From positions 1 through 44,849 of the forward strand of contig JAEOTS010000069.1 of assembly GCA_016839745.1 (NCBI GenBank): 44,849 bases of DNA. Reading direction: 5' to 3'. Shown here piece after piece: positions 27,454 to 36,732 of this stretch (within the stretch, counting starts at the first letter, position 1; the number at the start of each line of letters is the position of its first letter). This stretch comes from Promethearchaeota archaeon. GTDB lineage: Archaea > Asgardarchaeota > Lokiarchaeia > Sigyniarchaeales > SOKP01. Both the position numbers and the translations under genes were made by a program. The notes beneath the pieces are model-generated. The model saw only the letters and a program-made list of their open reading frames with translations. It had not been told where the DNA came from and made no database searches.

Positions 27454-28461
27454 CTAAATAATTTTGGAAAATATTTGTTTAATGGAGTTACTGTTGATAA
27501 AAACTTCTAATTCTTGTAAACTGTTAGGTAAACCCTCCCGAACTCCAATTTCTTTACTTTCTAAATAGGACATTGCGGTTGCCATCTTAGAGGATTTCTC
27601 TAGACTAAATCCGTTTAGTTGGGAGATTAAAAGACCGCTTAGAAACGCATCTCCCGCACCTGTAGTGTCTTCTATAAGTCCTTCGTAAATAGAACTATTT
27701 ACTATGCTTTGACCATCTGAGATTATGGATCCATTTGGTCCATCAGTAATTGATATTAGTTTTACCCCCATGTCTAAAAATTTATGAATCATTGGAATTT
27801 TATCTGATTCTCCAGTAAATTCCTGGGCTTCCTCTTTATTTAACGAAACGACATCTGAATTCGAGATTAAGATTTTTGCCCATTTGAGGTTATTCTTAAT
27901 GATAGACATGCTTGGAGCTGCGAACACTTTTCCTTTATTTTCTAATGTGAGATTCAGTGCTTTTTCGATTGCTTTACACCCACTTTCAGTCGTTAAGGAT
28001 GTCCACGCAAAAGCTTTGATGCCTTGAAACAATTCGGTTTTAACATATTCAGGTTTAAGCAAGTTATTTGCGCCTTTATAAGCTAAAATACTTCTGTCTT
28101 TTCCCCACTCCGTTTTTAAAATCACTGAAAAAGCTGTACCATCGGCTTCAGTCTGAATGACATTTGAAAGATCGACACCTCTCTTTTTCATGTCGTCTAA
28201 ACAAATGCTTGCTGAGAAATCTTTACCTAATACTCCAATGTAAGAACTTTTTAAGCCCAACATTGCACAATTTGACGCAATATTAGCAGCAGAACCACCC
28301 GGAACGAATAGAACTCCATCTACATTCAGTTTGTGGCTGTATTCTATTGCTGTATATTTTTTTATCACATCCTTATCCAATAATTCAAATCTAAGGATAT
28401 CTTTAACTTGTAGCATACAATCGAGCGTACAACTACCAATCGTAATTACTTCTGGATTCAT
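27454..28461 (-). CDS. PfkB-family carbohydrate/nucleoside kinase
   Basis: PGGSAANIA, NKEEA, TDGPNG and DTTGAGDAF motifs. Confidence 0.93.
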   Translation of the reverse strand: MNPEVITIGSCTLDCMLQVKDILRFELLDKDVIKKYTAIEYSHKLNVDGVLFVPGGSAANIASNCAMLGLKSSYIGVLGKDFSASICLDDMKKRGVDLSNVIQTEADGTAFSVILKTEWGKDRSILAYKGANNLLKPEYVKTELFQGIKAFAWTSLTTESGCKAIEKALNLTLENKGKVFAAPSMSIIKNNLKWAKILISNSDVVSLNKEEAQEFTGESDKIPMIHKFLDMGVKLISITDGPNGSIISDGQSIVNSSIYEGLIEDTTGAGDAFLSGLLISQLNGFSLEKSSKMATAMSYLESKEIGVREGLPNSLQELEVFINSNSIKQIFSKII

Positions 28462-28568
28462 ATATAACACACTTTATACTTAAGGTAAAGAATATTATAA
28501 AAATAGAGTTTAAGCTTAAAAAATTTTGCTTGATAGGGAGAAAGAGAAACTTAAAAAAAAAAGGGAAC

Positions 28569-29195
28569 CTAATCTTTCGACTTCAGTTTATTTAATTCAT
28601 CTTCCAATTCTTTTACTTTTCCATCAGGATCTACAGAGGGTAAAGCCCCGCCTACTTCAACCTGTATTTCTGCGTCGATTTCACCTAATATCTCTTTAAC
28701 TTGATTATCAGTGACTGCAGTATCTAAAGTCATATTATCTATTCCATCTGATGTGATCTCTTGAGTTACTTCGAAATCTTCCATATCAATACCGATTTCT
28801 TCCATTAATTCTGTAAGTTGAGGCACAGATAATTGATTTTTTAGCATTCCTAAACTAACGGCAATACCTTGCATAATATCGGAAATATCTTTAACAGCAT
28901 GAGCTTGTTCTAGTTTAAAAACCATACCCTCTAAGTTTGTTCTAAAGTGGTCAATTGCCCTGGCCTGTTTTTTAACTTGAAGATAATTTCGGGCGTGAAA
29001 TTCCGATCCATCCATATCGCCAGCCTTTCTAAGTCTTACAGCTTTATCTCTAGCTTGTTTAGCAGTCATCTCCATTTTTTTTGTGTTTCTCATTAATCTT
29101 TTATTAAATACCTTAAGCTTAACTGTTGCTGAACGAACAGTATCTTTCTTCTTGCCTCCTGAGAGCCAGTTACTCATATCTTTGAGAAAACCCAT
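28569..29195 (-). CDS. ESCRT-III subunit, Vps2/24/46 (CHMP1-3)-like
   Basis: Basic N-terminal helical hairpin (MGFLK...ARNYLQVKKQ), acidic C-terminal half, terminal MIM1-like ELEDELNKLK; divergent from Vps4. Confidence 0.9.
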   Translation of the reverse strand: MGFLKDMSNWLSGGKKKDTVRSATVKLKVFNKRLMRNTKKMEMTAKQARDKAVRLRKAGDMDGSEFHARNYLQVKKQARAIDHFRTNLEGMVFKLEQAHAVKDISDIMQGIAVSLGMLKNQLSVPQLTELMEEIGIDMEDFEVTQEITSDGIDNMTLDTAVTDNQVKEILGEIDAEIQVEVGGALPSVDPDGKVKELEDELNKLKSKD

Positions 29196-29416
29196 CTTAA
29201 TTCATCAATTATTATTTTTTTTATATAATATAAGAAAACTCAAGATTATATAATTTTTTGTTGTAGACCAATATTTACGATACCTTTTTAAAAAGAAAAT
29301 TTGATATACATGGAAGAATTAATTAATAAAATAAACATTGAACTAGCTTACCTATAAATATTAATAATATTTTAAGATAAATAAGATAAATAATTACTTT
29401 TAAAAGGTTATCGCCG

Positions 29417-30634
29417 TTGAGTAGTGTTGATAGTAAGCTTTACCAGTATGCCGTTCAAGAAGCGCAAGCTGCCGTTGAATTGGACGAAAATGGGCATTAT
29501 AGGCAAGCTCTAAATAAGTATCAAAGAGCCGCAGAGATTTTAATACAATTTGTAAAATACAATAAAAATCCGATAATGATTAGAAAATGTCACGAACAAA
29601 TTGAGCAGTATCTAGACCGAGCTAATGTGCTTAAGTTCCATTTAAGCGGTCCTAAGGCTAAAAGAGGAAGACCTTCTAGTAGGCCAAGTGAGCCAAAAGA
29701 GGGTGAACCAAAAGCAGATGAGGGCCAATATTCTGCTGAAGAACAAGAAATAATAGATTCTATATCAGGGACCATATTAACTGAATCTCCTGATGTAAAA
29801 TGGACTGATATCGCCGGTTTAGCAGGAAGTAAACAAGCTTTAAGAGAAGCGATAGTTTTACCTATTATGAAACCTAACTTATTTACTGGGGCGAGAAAAC
29901 CTTGGTCAGGTATATTATTATTTGGTCCTCCTGGATGTGGAAAGACGTTACTAGCCCGAGCTGCAGCTACAGAATGTAAGGCTACATTTTTTAGTGTTTC
30001 CTCAGCGGATTTATTAAGTAAATGGTTAGGCGAAAGTGAGAAATTAATTAGCTCTCTTTTTAAGGTAGCTCGTATAAAGGCGCCCAGTTTAATTTTCATG
30101 GATGAGATCGATTCAGTAGCTACTAAAAGAGGAGAAGGCCACGAGGGTGGAGGAGAAAGGAGAGTTAAAACTCAATTATTAGCCGAAATTCAAGGCATTA
30201 AATCAGGCTCTAAAAAACCTTTATTAGTTTTAGGAGCAACCAATCGACCATGGGATATCGATACGGCTATGCTTAGCAGATTTGAGAAAAAAGTGTATGT
30301 TCCACTTCCAGATTTAACAGCTAGAGTTGGAATATTCAAAATTCACACCGCAGGCATTAATATGGCGTTAACTGAAGAAGATTTCATTGAGTTAGGAGTT
30401 AGATCGGAAGGATATTCTGGAAGAGATATCTCTAATGTATGTCGTGAAGTTATAATGATCCCGATAAGGGAGTTAGACATGGGAGGACTCCTTGAAAACT
30501 CCGATAAAGAAGTAATTGTAAGGGATATTAATTTACAAGATTTCATGAAAACTTTAAAGAAAGTAAAACGTATGACTACTGATTCTGCTCTAGATCAATA
30601 CGAACAATGGGCAACAGATTTCGGAGAGTATTAA
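29417..30634 (+). CDS. vps4: Vps4 AAA+ ATPase (MIT + AAA)
   Basis: MIT domain (AVELDENG.Y..AL..Y...YLDRA), VKWTDIAGL, GPPGCGKT, SKWLGESEK, DEID, ATNRPWDID, GYSGRDI and C-terminal WATDFG. Confidence 0.95.
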   Translation: MSSVDSKLYQYAVQEAQAAVELDENGHYRQALNKYQRAAEILIQFVKYNKNPIMIRKCHEQIEQYLDRANVLKFHLSGPKAKRGRPSSRPSEPKEGEPKADEGQYSAEEQEIIDSISGTILTESPDVKWTDIAGLAGSKQALREAIVLPIMKPNLFTGARKPWSGILLFGPPGCGKTLLARAAATECKATFFSVSSADLLSKWLGESEKLISSLFKVARIKAPSLIFMDEIDSVATKRGEGHEGGGERRVKTQLLAEIQGIKSGSKKPLLVLGATNRPWDIDTAMLSRFEKKVYVPLPDLTARVGIFKIHTAGINMALTEEDFIELGVRSEGYSGRDISNVCREVIMIPIRELDMGGLLENSDKEVIVRDINLQDFMKTLKKVKRMTTDSALDQYEQWATDFGEY

Positions 30635-30655
30635 AAACAAGTAAAGATGTAGAAT

Positions 30656-31555
30656 ATGGAACGTCAAAAAGAGAATCAGAAAGAAGTTGTTAAAGAAGTC
30701 AAAGATCTTAAAGAAAAACCAGAAAGAGAATTAGACGGTTTAAGGAAAGAATTAGCTCGCTTAAAGGAACTAAAAAGACAGAAGGAATTAAAAGAAATTG
30801 AAGCTAATTCAGAAGAATTGGTTTCAGAAGTTAACAGTGAAAGTCTCCCAAGTGATGAAATTGAAACCCGCTTAAATAATATTGAAGATATTCTCACATC
30901 AAGACTAGGAGAGATAGATCAAAAAACCTACGAACAAAACGCTGCTCAAATTGAAAAAGAACTTCGAGAGCTTGAACTAGAAATAGTAAAGGAGAGAGGG
31001 GCAGTAACTAAAGAAATATCAACATATGAAATGTTGTTGAATGATTACCCATGGCTTGAAGAAAAAAGGTATATCTTCATGTATTCTCTTCCTAATAAAA
31101 AAACTGACTTGAAAGATTACGAGTCTTGGAAAAAAGAGTGGTCAAAAGTTCTATTTGATTACGCCCGCTATGCTATTCTTCATATTCTATACCTTAGAAA
31201 AGCCGAATCTGAGAAGCCATTTTCCAACTTTGAGGAACGCAAAAAAGCTCTAGAAGAAATTGCTGAAGAATTAGTCAATAAGGAACAAGCTGAATGGCTT
31301 TCAAAGAGCAAAGAAAAATTGAGGGTATATTGGAAAAGCCTAGATAATTGGGCAGAGGATATCTACGAATGGGCTATGGAAATCTCTCCCTTAGAACCAA
31401 TTTTAATTTTTGAAATCAGAGAATCCAACAGAGAGTTTAGTAAGCTTCCCAATGAAGATATTGTCAAAATCTTTAAAATGTTAGAGAAGGAAAAGAGGGG
31501 GAAGATTATTACATTAGATGATGGGCAAATTTCTTTTAAGATCAAAATAGAATAA
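30656..31555 (+). CDS. vps25: ESCRT-II Vps25-like protein with long N-terminal coiled-coil extension
   Basis: C-terminal tandem winged-helix pattern (WKKEWSKVL, AEW...LRVYWKSLDNWAEDIYEW); directly downstream of vps4. Confidence 0.82.
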   Translation: MERQKENQKEVVKEVKDLKEKPERELDGLRKELARLKELKRQKELKEIEANSEELVSEVNSESLPSDEIETRLNNIEDILTSRLGEIDQKTYEQNAAQIEKELRELELEIVKERGAVTKEISTYEMLLNDYPWLEEKRYIFMYSLPNKKTDLKDYESWKKEWSKVLFDYARYAILHILYLRKAESEKPFSNFEERKKALEEIAEELVNKEQAEWLSKSKEKLRVYWKSLDNWAEDIYEWAMEISPLEPILIFEIRESNREFSKLPNEDIVKIFKMLEKEKRGKIITLDDGQISFKIKIE

Positions 31556-31560
31556 ATTAA

Positions 31561-32277
31561 TTATAAAGAAGGAAAATACCACTGCTTTCCCTTTAAAAGA
31601 GACTCCCTTAACTTTGCTACACCAGTTTGTTCTAGCGATTTTAAAGTCTCTATTGCGCGATCTTGAGACCAGTTCAACGCAATACATACATCTTCGATAG
31701 AGATGAAGCCTTTTTCTTTCGCAACTCCAACAACTTTAACTTGATCGCCCGTGTATTGAACTGGAAAGAATCTAACCATAACGATACCAGAATCAAGCTC
31801 CTGTAAATCGTCAATTATATGATTTTTCTTGAGCATCTTCAAAGCTTTGGCTAGATCCTTTAGCTCTAATATTCCTTTTAAAATACCTGTGTTAACGAGA
31901 CCATACACTTTAGAAATGGGTAATAATCCAACTCCAATTTCTTCTTTCTGCATCAAAATTCTTTGGTAAGCGAGCATTCCCAAGTTTTCATGATCGATTT
32001 TTGAAAATTTCTTTAATACATCGTTTTCTGTAATTTGTTCAGTAATTATTTTGGAGGAGGGTATGTTAAACTTCTTTTGTAGAGCTTTAACTTCCTCCTT
32101 TAATTCAGGAGTTAAAGCTAAAATAACTCCGTGGTTCTTAGCTAATTCTGTAAGCCTTTCTTTAGTAAAGTTTTCTGTCGAAGCTTTTGCTTCCATATCT
32201 TTTAATTTTAACTCCGCTGCCTTCTTCTTCATAGCTTCTCTTAAATCTATTTCATCTTCAATTTTCCGAATACCCAT
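31561..32277 (-). CDS. ESCRT-II Vps22/Vps36 (EAP30-domain)-like protein
   Basis: LAKNHG..., GLLPI, KGFIS....ALNWSQDRA..TL..L...G and QWYFPSL end typical of EAP30; located in the ESCRT cluster. Confidence 0.85.
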   Translation of the reverse strand: MGIRKIEDEIDLREAMKKKAAELKLKDMEAKASTENFTKERLTELAKNHGVILALTPELKEEVKALQKKFNIPSSKIITEQITENDVLKKFSKIDHENLGMLAYQRILMQKEEIGVGLLPISKVYGLVNTGILKGILELKDLAKALKMLKKNHIIDDLQELDSGIVMVRFFPVQYTGDQVKVVGVAKEKGFISIEDVCIALNWSQDRAIETLKSLEQTGVAKLRESLLKGKQWYFPSL

Positions 32278-32356
32278 TTTTCGATAACACTATTTTTTAA
32301 TAACTTTATAGATTAATAATTATAAAACTACTTATTTCTTTTTATTTTAACTGAGA

Positions 32357-32938
32357 ATGAGAGATTTGAATATTTTTAGATTAATTAATAAAATTGAAAA
32401 ATCAATGATTAATGATTCTCTTTTAAAATTTACATCAGAATTTGTATCATTTTTTAGAAAAAATGATTATAAATTCTATGTTTCTATCAGCGACAAGCAA
32501 GCAGAAAACAAGTTCCCCTTAATCTATTTGGTTTCATACGTTATAAGCAAAATCTTAGAAGAAAGATTAAAAAACGAGAATATACATTCTGCTGGTATTT
32601 ATTTTGGTTTCATCAAGAAAGGCGTTTTGCACATTAGTTTAGAAGGAGCTGAATTTATGCGTAATCACCAGATACTTCCAAATAGTATTAAAATTACTAT
32701 AAATGTAAAAGGAGAAAAATCAGTTCTCTATGGAAACGATGTTGTAAAGAGTTTCACAATTAGTATTCCCCCTGAGTTAAAAAGAAATGATCTTCTCGCA
32801 GTTTTAAATCAGAAAAACGAAATTATTGCTTTAGCAAGAGCCGAAATAGATTATAGTTCATTCGATAACCTCAAATTAAACCAAAAAATAGCGCGAAATC
32901 TTGTAGATAAAGGATATTATCTAAGGAAAAAACAATAA
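32357..32938 (+). CDS. NIP7-like PUA-domain ribosome biogenesis protein
   Basis: SAGIYFG...ISLEG, EKSVLYGNDV and NLVDKGYYLR motifs. Confidence 0.85.
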   Translation: MRDLNIFRLINKIEKSMINDSLLKFTSEFVSFFRKNDYKFYVSISDKQAENKFPLIYLVSYVISKILEERLKNENIHSAGIYFGFIKKGVLHISLEGAEFMRNHQILPNSIKITINVKGEKSVLYGNDVVKSFTISIPPELKRNDLLAVLNQKNEIIALARAEIDYSSFDNLKLNQKIARNLVDKGYYLRKKQ

Positions 32939-32968
32939 TGATTGAAATGATTCAAACGGGGATAAATA

Positions 32969-33934
32969 TTACTTGCTTTTTTCAATTAAACTAACAAAAA
33001 AACCGATAGTGTCATGTAAATGAGGATAGAGTCTTTGAGAATGCTTGATATCTTCCCTAAGTTTTTTATTGTAAACTTCTGTAATTCCATCTACGCCGTA
33101 ATTGCTTGATATTTTAATAACGGAGAAATCTGAATTATTTTTTAGCACATCATCTAATACAATTTCATTTTCTTCAGGCGCAATCGAACAGGTGCTATAT
33201 AGTAAATGTCCTCCGGGATTTAAGGAATTCAAACCAGATTCTAATAGTTTTTTTTGAATGACACTCAATTTATCGATATCATTTTTATTTTTACTTTTCT
33301 TTCTACTGGGATCTTGTCTGATCAATCCCTCTCCAGTGCATGGTGCGTCTAATAATATCTTATCCGCCTTCAAATTCATTTTTGACAAATTCACAGCGTC
33401 ATCATATATAACAATCGAATTGGAAACACCCATTCTTCGAAGATTAAGTTCTAAAGCTGGTATTCTATTTTTATTTCTTTCAATTAAGATTAAATTGCCC
33501 TCGTTGTTCATTTTCTGTGCTAAGTGTGTTGCTTTTCCACCTGGAGCCGCACACATATCAACCACAATATCGCTCGGGCTTGGGTCGAGAATGTGAACGG
33601 GTAACATTGGAGCAATACTCTGCAAATAATAAAATCCTTGGAGATATTCGTGAGTTGATCCTAAATTGAAAGGAGCGTTGTTTATTTTGAATCCGTAAGG
33701 TATCCAATCAAGAGGTTCTAACATAAATCCTTTACTTTCCAGCCTATATTTTAAAGTTTCAACATCTATTTTAATCGTATTAACTCTAATGGAAGGTGTT
33801 AATGGCTTTTCATTCGCAATTAGTAATTGTTTTGCTTGATCCTCTCCTAAGAATTGAAAATACCTTTCAATCATATACGGTAGATATCCGTATTGTTCTG
33901 CGAGTTTTCGAATAGATTTAGAATTCAGAGATAT
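32969..33934 (-). CDS. RsmB/NOP2-family RNA (cytosine-C5) methyltransferase (start probably ATA 33934 or CTG 33928; first ATG 33874)
   Basis: IRVNTIK, DMCAAPGGKA, LLDAPCTGEG, YSTCS..PEENE and PHLHDTIGFF motifs. Confidence 0.93.
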   Translation of the reverse strand: MSLNSKSIRKLAEQYGYLPYMIERYFQFLGEDQAKQLLIANEKPLTPSIRVNTIKIDVETLKYRLESKGFMLEPLDWIPYGFKINNAPFNLGSTHEYLQGFYYLQSIAPMLPVHILDPSPSDIVVDMCAAPGGKATHLAQKMNNEGNLILIERNKNRIPALELNLRRMGVSNSIVIYDDAVNLSKMNLKADKILLDAPCTGEGLIRQDPSRKKSKNKNDIDKLSVIQKKLLESGLNSLNPGGHLLYSTCSIAPEENEIVLDDVLKNNSDFSVIKISSNYGVDGITEVYNKKLREDIKHSQRLYPHLHDTIGFFVSLIEKSK

Positions 33935-34019
33935 AAAAAATCAACTCTAAGTGAAACTATTATTACATAATAAAAATTAATTTAATATATTTGTTATTGA
34001 TAGAAAAAAGAGTAGCATC

Positions 34020-34619
34020 ATGATTGAAGTTGAGATTAAAGTTAAAATCTCTGATCCGAATCTTATGAGGAAAAAGTTTAAAGAAAACAATGGGGTTTAC
34101 AAACTCTCGCTTAATCACGAAGATACTTATTTTAATATGCCTGAAGGGTTAAGAGATTTTAGACAAACTGACGAAGCATTAAGACTAAGAAAATCTATTG
34201 AATTTTATAAGAATGGTCAACCTAAAGCTCAAAAAATTAATTATTATATAACTTACAAAGGTAAAAAGATTGATAAGACAACAAAAACAAGGGAAGAGAT
34301 CGAAATTAAAATTAATGAACTTGAAGACATGAAAAATCTTCTTAAATTCTTAGGGTTTCGAGAAGTTTTCACAGTTGTTAAAAAAAGAGAGTTATATGAT
34401 TTTGTATTTAATGAGACGAGAATAGACGCTTTAATCGATTACATTCCTATTTTAAAACAGCATTTCGTTGAAGTAGAATTAATAACAGAATCACTAGATG
34501 ATGTGGAAAAGAGTAAGGAGATACTATTTCAATTTTTAGGGAAGTTTGGGATTAAAAAGCAAGAATCAATTAGAAAGTCTTATTTAGAGTTAATTTCCGA
34601 TAAAATAAAAGGCATGTAA
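34020..34619 (+). CDS. cyaB: CYTH-domain protein (class IV adenylate cyclase CyaB-like / triphosphatase)
   Basis: EVEIK, DTYF, EALRLR, TYKG, REEIE, KKRELY, FVEVE and SYLEL motifs. Confidence 0.9.
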   Translation: MIEVEIKVKISDPNLMRKKFKENNGVYKLSLNHEDTYFNMPEGLRDFRQTDEALRLRKSIEFYKNGQPKAQKINYYITYKGKKIDKTTKTREEIEIKINELEDMKNLLKFLGFREVFTVVKKRELYDFVFNETRIDALIDYIPILKQHFVEVELITESLDDVEKSKEILFQFLGKFGIKKQESIRKSYLELISDKIKGM

Positions 34620-34660
34620 TTAAATTAAAAAAAAAAGGATGTAAAGGATAAGTAGGAATT

Positions 34661-34849
34661 CTACTTAATTAATAATTTATCGAGTTTTGCGATTTCTTTA
34701 TCTAATTTTTTGCGATATAACCTTAAATCATAGTTCTCATAGACTTTTTTAATTGAATATTTCTGTATAAATTGCGATTTTTTCGATATTTCGTGAATGA
34801 TAGTCAAAAACTCATAATATCCAACGTTTACTTCAGCTAATTCATTCAT
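34661..34849 (-). CDS. Small hypothetical protein (possibly a gene remnant)
   Basis: 62-aa ORF with plausible composition and no recognised motif. Confidence 0.35.
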   Translation of the reverse strand: MNELAEVNVGYYEFLTIIHEISKKSQFIQKYSIKKVYENYDLRLYRKKLDKEIAKLDKLLIK

Positions 34850-35191
34850 AATCTTTCAATTCTTCATTTTAATTTATTTCTATTCACTTACAATTACAAT
34901 ATAGGAATTTACAATTAAAAATAATCGGGAGTCCAGTCTTTAGGATTTCATTATTCCAAGGGATTGTGAACAATGTGATTTTGTAGATCTTTAAATTGAT
35001 TAATGGGCAGACAATCCCATTTTTCAAGGGCTCTATATCTTCAGAATTCCATTTTTTCTTAACTTTTTCCTAATTTAAGGTTGAAGAAAGTAAATTCAAT
35101 GTATAACTGAAGAGATTATGATCTTAAAAACAATTAACTGGAGTACTTTTGAAATTGTATGAAAAGAATGCTTTTTCAATTATAAATAGTT

Positions 35192-35479
35192 TTACACTGA
35201 TTTTTTCTTTAATTCAGTATAGCTTCCATCTAATATTTGGGAGATGTATCTCCTTCCTTTAATTATCCACATAATTTTATGACCCTCTCGAGCTTTTTTC
35301 CCCCATTCTGACTTTTTTTTGTAATTTTGTTCTATAAAGCGATACCCAAATAAATCAACATATTTAATTCCGCTTGAAAATTTTTTAATGGGATACTCGA
35401 TCTCATCAATTTCAACATTTTTTTCTCCCTGAAATATAGCATTATATATTTTTAAGCCTTTTTCTTCTAAATTTTCCAT
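35192..35479 (-). CDS. Small hypothetical protein
   Basis: 95 aa with GAGG SD; FIEQN....S.W...AR.GH.IMW looks like a conserved motif. Last gene of an apparent operon. Confidence 0.75.
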   Translation of the reverse strand: MENLEEKGLKIYNAIFQGEKNVEIDEIEYPIKKFSSGIKYVDLFGYRFIEQNYKKKSEWGKKAREGHKIMWIIKGRRYISQILDGSYTELKKKSV

Positions 35480-35500
35480 GTTTTTCCTCTATAAATTATT

Positions 35501-36730
35501 CTATTTGGTTTCTTTGATGTCACTCTTTAAATAGAAAAGTTCAAGATTTTTTAACTTTTTTATCGATTCAGGCAAGTACTCTATTTTATTTAACCTAAGG
35601 TTGAGCACTTTTAACCGTTTAAGCCTCCCAATAGTCTCTGGTATAAGTCGTATGTTTTGATCGGCTAAAGTTAATTCTTCTAGAAATTCTAAACGACAAA
35701 GCTCTTTTGGAAATACACCAATTCGTGACTCTGTTGATAAATATATAATTTTAGTGATATGACCTTCATTGTTTACTTCATAATAGATGGCTCCATTAGG
35801 GCCAATGTTTTCATCTTCTTGCATTTTCTTGCATATTTGCCCCGTTAGAATCTCTAATAAACCCAAAATATGAACTTCCGATTTCCTAACACCCCTAAGT
35901 ATATACTTATGGACATATTTGTTACTGCTTGCAAACTCCATAACCCAACTAGGTAAACTGTCTAGCCTGTTGTTATTTAAAACTAATTTCTTAAGTGACA
36001 AAAGATTTGGACAAGGATCTGGATATTTTTTAAGGTTACAAAAAGAGATTTCCAAGGATTCTAATTTGGTTAGCCTACATATAGAATCAGGAATCTCAGT
36101 AAGATCAATGAGTGATAAGCTCGTTATAAAGCCATTTTTTGATGTTTTAACTCGTCCTAGCCCTTTATATCCGATCTCAGTATTCTGTTTTATTAAAGCT
36201 TGCTTGGCTTGGTCTGATAATTCGAATTTGTCTAAAAAATCATAAAACTCGGTTTTAAACTTCATATAATCCAAATAATCGATATCGAGAACAAACTTTG
36301 AATCTGCCGATTTTAAATTATAATGATTTTCTATTTTTTTTAAAGTATTACCTCGTATTTGTTTGAATGGAGAAGTGTCGTAAGTTTCCAATAAATCAAT
36401 TAAATTTTTAAAGAAATATATCGACTTTTCATTTTGAATCGCCCATAATAAAGGCTCAATTTCCCGTTTTGGAAAGATTTGGATCAAAAGTTTGGCAGCT
36501 TCAAACCTAACATGTGGTGATTCATCAGAAATTAGGCAATTTTCAATAACTTCGAAAGTCTTCTTATCTTCAAATGCAATTTTACCGATAAATTCTAACG
36601 CGGTATATCTGATTTCTTCATTATCGCTATTGTGTATTAAGGATTCAAATAGCTTTAAGGCGTCCTTCTTTTCTAGTTCTTTGTTGAGTATTCTGGAATA
36701 GATTTTCTCAGGTGTTAGATGATCGCTCAT
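35501..36730 (-). CDS. HEAT-repeat + leucine-rich-repeat protein
   Basis: DNEEIRYTALEFIG and DESPHVRFEAAKLL HEAT repeats; LxxLxLxxNxLxxLP LRR repeats in two blocks. Confidence 0.88.
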   Translation of the reverse strand: MSDHLTPEKIYSRILNKELEKKDALKLFESLIHNSDNEEIRYTALEFIGKIAFEDKKTFEVIENCLISDESPHVRFEAAKLLIQIFPKREIEPLLWAIQNEKSIYFFKNLIDLLETYDTSPFKQIRGNTLKKIENHYNLKSADSKFVLDIDYLDYMKFKTEFYDFLDKFELSDQAKQALIKQNTEIGYKGLGRVKTSKNGFITSLSLIDLTEIPDSICRLTKLESLEISFCNLKKYPDPCPNLLSLKKLVLNNNRLDSLPSWVMEFASSNKYVHKYILRGVRKSEVHILGLLEILTGQICKKMQEDENIGPNGAIYYEVNNEGHITKIIYLSTESRIGVFPKELCRLEFLEELTLADQNIRLIPETIGRLKRLKVLNLRLNKIEYLPESIKKLKNLELFYLKSDIKETK

Positions 36731-36732
36731 TT

